A stretch of 64,000 nt of DNA from Octopus sinensis. Taxonomy: Eukaryota. Under the pieces are notes generated by a model. It saw only the letters and a list, made by a program, of their open reading frames with translations. It was not told the origin of the DNA and did no database searches. The stretch's first letter is position 1. Every line of letters begins with the position of its first letter. Positions 58,915 through 64,000 of the stretch are shown here, in pieces. The position numbers were made by a program, and so were the translations under genes. The stretch spans positions 39,308,001-39,372,000 of the forward strand of contig NC_043013.1 of assembly GCF_006345805.1 (NCBI RefSeq), given 5' to 3'.

Positions 58915-61214
58915 TTATATATACATACATATATATACACATATCTATGTGGCTGTCAAATCGAGGGAAATCTACTGTTATTAAAAAGAAAATGATTTGC
59001 TCTACGAGATGGTGTGTTTAGATTTTTTAAAGTTTAATTTTATTGATTTTTGCGTATTTTCAGATTCAGTATAATTTGCACAGAAAAGCGGCGAGCTGGC
59101 AGAAACGTTAGCACGCCGGGCGAAATGCTATGCGGCATTTCGTCTGCCGTTACGTTCTGAGTTCAACTTCTGCCGAGGTCGACTTTGCCTTTCATTCTTT
59201 CGGGGTCGATTAAATAAGTACCAGTTACGCACTGGGATCGATATAATCGACTTAATCCGTTTGTCTGTCCTTGTTTGTTCTCTCTGTGTGTAGCCCCTTG
59301 TGGGTAATAAAGAAATAGGTATTTCGTCTGTCTTTACGTTCTGAGTTCAAATTCCGTCAAGGTCAACTTACCTTTCATCCTTTTGAGATCAATAAATTAA
59401 GAACCAGTTACGCATTGAGATCGATCTAATAGACTGCTCCCCTCCGCCAAAAATTCTGGCCTTGTGCCTAGAGTAGAACGGAATATAACTTGCACAGATG
59501 GCTCCTGAATCGATTTCTTGGGTTATGTTTTATTTATTTTTGTTTTATTTTTCCGTTTGTTTTTCTGTATTCGTTTTTACTATTTAATGAATACAACTCT
59601 TTCACTATCAGACTTCTGACGTTTTACTCTGAGATATTAACGACAACCTTGATATAACCTTGGCAACCTCATTTTCCAGATGTCTTTCTAAAAGACGTAT
59701 CGTTCATATAGATACATTACTGCGAGCGAATGATCGTGTATTCGATGTTACTTTCGTATAAGATCTGTCACATTTGTTTCATTCTATGTAATATATTATT
59801 TTAATCTGACAAGTTTTCCTGGTTGACAAGTCAATTGTTTAGTGTAAATAGATAGTCTCTATCAGAAGTGTGATTTCCAATTACAAAATTTTCGTAACGA
59901 GCATATAGAACGAGTCAAATCTATATCCAAATCTTTACTAGGGTCCACCAGGTGGATTGCAGTAATTACCCACATCAAACTGATGCAGTTCTACATTGCA
60001 AGTATCGATGGTGTTGACGGTAGTTTTGAGCACGCACATAATGTAATATAGAGGTTGTTTGTCTCATGACCATAAGGCCGTAAGTTCGTTTCCTAGATTG
60101 GGTGGCGTATTGTACCTTTAAAGATTGTACTTTCTCACATTGACTCAATCAAGACAGTTCTATTTAGTATCATCCATAGTGCATGTGCATCCCTTTCTCC
60201 CTCCAGTTAATACCTATTTCTTTACTACCCACAAGGGGCTAAACACAGAGAGGTCAGACAAACGGATTAAGTCGATTACATCGACCCCAGTGCGTAACTG
60301 GTACTTAATTTATCAACCACGAGAGGATGAAAGGCAAAGTTGACCTCAGCGGAATTTGAACTCAGAACACAGCGGCAGACGAAATACCACAAAGCATTTC
60401 GCCCGGCGTGCTAACGTTTCAGCCAGCTCGCCGTCAACACCATTATCACTTGCAGTGTAGAACTGCATCAGTGGAGGCGCAATGGCCCAGTGGTTAGGGC
60501 AGCGGACTCGCGGTCATAGGATCGTGGTTTCGATTCCCAGACTGGTCGTTGTGATTGTTTATTGAGCGAAAACACCTAAAGCTCCACGAGGCTCCGGCAG
60601 GGGATGGTGGTGATCCCTGCTGTACTCTTTCACCACAACTTTCTCTCACTCTTACTTTCTGTTTCTGTTGTACCTGTATTTCAAAGGGCCGGCCTTGTCA
60701 CTCTCTGTGTCACGCTGAATATCCCCGAGAACTACATTAAGGGTACACGTGTCTGTGGAGTGCTCAGCCACTTACACGTTAATTTCACGAGCAGGCTGTT
60801 CCGTTGATTCGGATCAACCGGAACCCTCGTCGTCGTAACCGACGGAGTGCTTCCTCCTAAGAACTGCCTCAGTTTGATGTGGGTAATTGCTGCAATCCAG
60901 CTGGTGGCCCCTAGTAAAGATTTGGATATAGATTTGACTCGTTCTGTATGCTCGTCAATACCACTTTTGTGCTCAATTGGTTAAGCAAGAGGAGCTGGAG
61001 ACAATTTCGTCTCAACCTACGACTAAATGCACAGCTAAAACTATTAACGAACGGATGTTGCATTTCACCGAGTATTACTCCCCGCACGTAAAGGCTGGCT
61101 TGTACTGTTCGGCACAAAACCTCTGTGCCTGTGTGTAAATATGTACGTCACTCTGTATGCAGGTGTATGTATGCATGCATGCATGTAAATATGTATGTAT
61201 GTATGTATGTGTTG

Positions 61215-61296
61215 TTAGATGAATAAATAGATAGACAGACCGAGAGACAGACAGATATATAGATGGACAGATAGATTGATAGATAGATTGATAGAT

Positions 61297-61342
<46 letters not shown>

Positions 61343-61449
61343 CAGATAGATAGACAGACAGACAAACAGACAGACAGATAGATAGATATATAGATAGATA
61401 GGCATACAGAAAGATAGATAGATAGATTGATTGATAGATAGATAGATAG

Positions 61450-61484
<35 letters not shown>

Positions 61485-61569
61485 CATAGAGAGAGAGACA
61501 TATAGATAGATAGATAGATAGATAGATGATAGTCGATAGATAGATAGATAGATAGACAGAGACATATAT

Positions 61570-61609
<40 letters not shown>

Positions 61610-61903
61610 AATATAGGAATGAATCCAAAATTACAGGGAAAATCAGATTTAGGGTTAAATCCAATTTATAGTAAAATATTATATAATATAATTCGAGACA
61701 AAACCACTATTTTAAAACCAAACAAGGAAAGACTTAATCAATAACATAAAATTTTAATCTAAATTAAATAAAATAATAAATAAAATAAATAATTTATATT
61801 AAAATTTTATGTATTGATTAAGTCTTTCCTTGTTTGGTTTTAAAATAGTGGTTTTGTCTCGAATTATATATATTATATATATAATATATATAATATATAT
61901 ATA

Positions 61904-61939
<36 letters not shown>

Positions 61940-62360
61940 GCTAGATAGTTAGACAGAGACAGATAGATAGATAGATAGATTATATAGATAGATAGATAGA
62001 AGATAGACAGAGATATATATATATATATATATAGATAGATAGATAGATAGACATAGACAGATAAATAGATAGAGAGAGAGAGAGAGAGAAGAGAGAGATT
62101 AGCAGATAGATAGATTGAATAGATAGATAGAAGATAGACATATATTATATATATAGAAGATAGAAGATAGATATAGACCAAGACATATAAATAGATAGAG
62201 AGAGAGAGAGGAGATTAGTAGATAGATAGATAGATAGATAGATAGATTAGATAGATAGATATGAGATAGATAGATAGATAGATAGAGAGATTGGTAGATA
62301 GATAGATAGATAGATAGATTGATTGATAGATAGATTATAGATTGATAGATAATGATAGGT

Positions 62361-62434
<74 letters not shown>

Positions 62435-62460
62435 GGATTGACAGACAGATAGATATTTAG
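61215..62460 (+). repeat. Compound (GATA)/(TA)/(GA) microsatellite field
   Basis: Direct reading. Confidence 0.9.
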
Positions 62461-63529
62461 CAGAAGTAATTGAGTGACTCAAGGTCCCAGCATTTTATGA
62501 GTGTGCAATTATTGAACTTTGATGTCAACGCACGAAACTCTCTGATCCTGAGTCACTCTATTGCTCCTGATAGATATTAAAAATATACATATACTCATAT
62601 TTTGAGTTCTAATTCTCCTGTTTGTATCACCATACCTGTATATATGTTTGTTTGTGTATATGTTTGTGCGTGTGTATGTATGTATTTATATTTGTATGCA
62701 TATGTGTACCTATATCTTTGATCAGATATATGTATATGTATATATATATATATATTTATTTATTTAATCATAGTAGAAACTTATAGAAAAATAAAAGACG
62801 AAGACAGGTGTATGAACAACAAGCAAGTTTATTAGTTTAACGCTCGACAAAATATTTCGAATTTCGAGTCTAGACTCATCAACTGAAAAGATTAAGAGAA
62901 AATAAACAGAGAGAGAATGAAAGAAACCTGTAGATTTCAGCGGTCCAGCATGGCGAATGATTGGGAAAAAAGTTTGAAATAAAGGGAGATAATAAAGTGC
63001 TAGTGATCCCAAAAGAAGCTGCGCTTATGTGTGTGGGTATGTGAGAATGGTGTGTGTGAGTGTGTAAGTGTTTGTATGTGTGTGTGTGTAACAGTTGAGG
63101 TGTGCTTTTTCATGTAGAGTGTGCACATGTGTGCGTCTCTCTCTTTCTGACCAAACATTGTGCATGTGTATGGTGTATAAATGTGGGCGATAGTTATCTT
63201 TGTCTGTGTATGTTGTGTGAGTTAAGGCGTATTGCGTGTGTATGTAGATATTGCGTGTGTTCAGGTATTACGTTCTTGTGTGGGTGTGGTAGCATAGATT
63301 GTCTGTGTTCGGGGTATTATGTGCTTGTGAGGGTGTGGGAATGTGCATGAGGGTATGTGTACTTAGTTAAACGTGTGTGAGGAAACTCATGTAATGGTAT
63401 GAGTGGGGATGCTATCGAAGATTGTGTGTGAGTGAGTGGATGATGGTGTGGTGTGGATGCTGAGAAGTGGTCAGTGCTAGAGTGTGTGTAGAGTGGTGTG
63501 GATGCTATCAAATGAAAAGAGGAGCTGAG

Positions 63530-64000
63530 AAAGATGCCAGATGAAAAGAAGATGTGTGTTGAGCCCGTGTGGCGCAAAAGCGCAAAGAGAGATGATTAAT
63601 TCTTGTTCACGGTGAAGGCGGGAGTCCGGATGGTCCCCGTGCAAAGACAGTCCGAACACAGATAGATGCTGTAACGAATGACAGAGCAGAAATGGTGCGA
63701 GTCCGGAGTGTCATTGCTGAGTCTGATATCTCGGAGGTGCTCCGCAAACCGGTCAGCCAAGTGGTGTTTCGCTTGACCGTTGTACAGGGAAGGAGAAAGA
63801 GAGGGCAGGAGATGCAGTAAATGACGTTACTAGAAATGCAAGTAAAGAAGTCGATAGTGTGATAGGGAAGATGATGGGTGCCTGTGGGGATGGTGGTGTT
63901 GGAGAAGTAGGGATTGGTGCGGCAGCATGGACGGGAGCAGGGGAACGAGCCAGGCTGGGAGGTGAGGTTAGGGAAGGAACTGTGGTCCAGGAGGTCTCGT
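63530..64000 (-). mobile_element. Penelope-like element, GIY-YIG endonuclease remnant
   Basis: FTCISSNVIYCISC, LYNGQAKHHLADRFAEHLRDIR, HHF, EQELIISLCAFAPHGLN (frameshifted). Confidence 0.85.

Overview
This is AT-rich eukaryotic genomic DNA dense in microsatellites. Its SINE, LINE, Penelope and Tc1-mariner repertoire looks like an Octopus (coleoid cephalopod) genome; that assignment is an inference from repeat style, not a database match. Almost all ORFs in the supplied track are microsatellite or transposon artefacts. The real content is a tandem pair of intact six-exon paralogous genes on the minus strand (gene A 24095->9358, gene B 49526->31880), reconstructed by eye from GT-AG sites. All introns are phase 1. 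Each gene encodes a 275-aa secreted protein: signal peptide, PAN/apple-like module 1, PAN module 2, a conserved 30-aa linker and a short third PAN-like module. Divergence between the paralogs is very uneven. The PAN exons are only about 42-53% identical in protein, and the linker is under clear purifying selection. The 33-nt signal-peptide exon sits in a 476-bp island that is 98.5% identical, and a 96-bp TATA-containing upstream block is 100% identical. A shared intergenic segment suggests the array continues beyond the window. The rest is decayed Tc1/mariner, R4/Dong-like, CR1-like, Tx1-like, Penelope-like (with minimal hammerhead motifs), Helitron-like and SINE copies, several fold-back structures and a 2.4-kb minisatellite. 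All alignments and counts were done manually.
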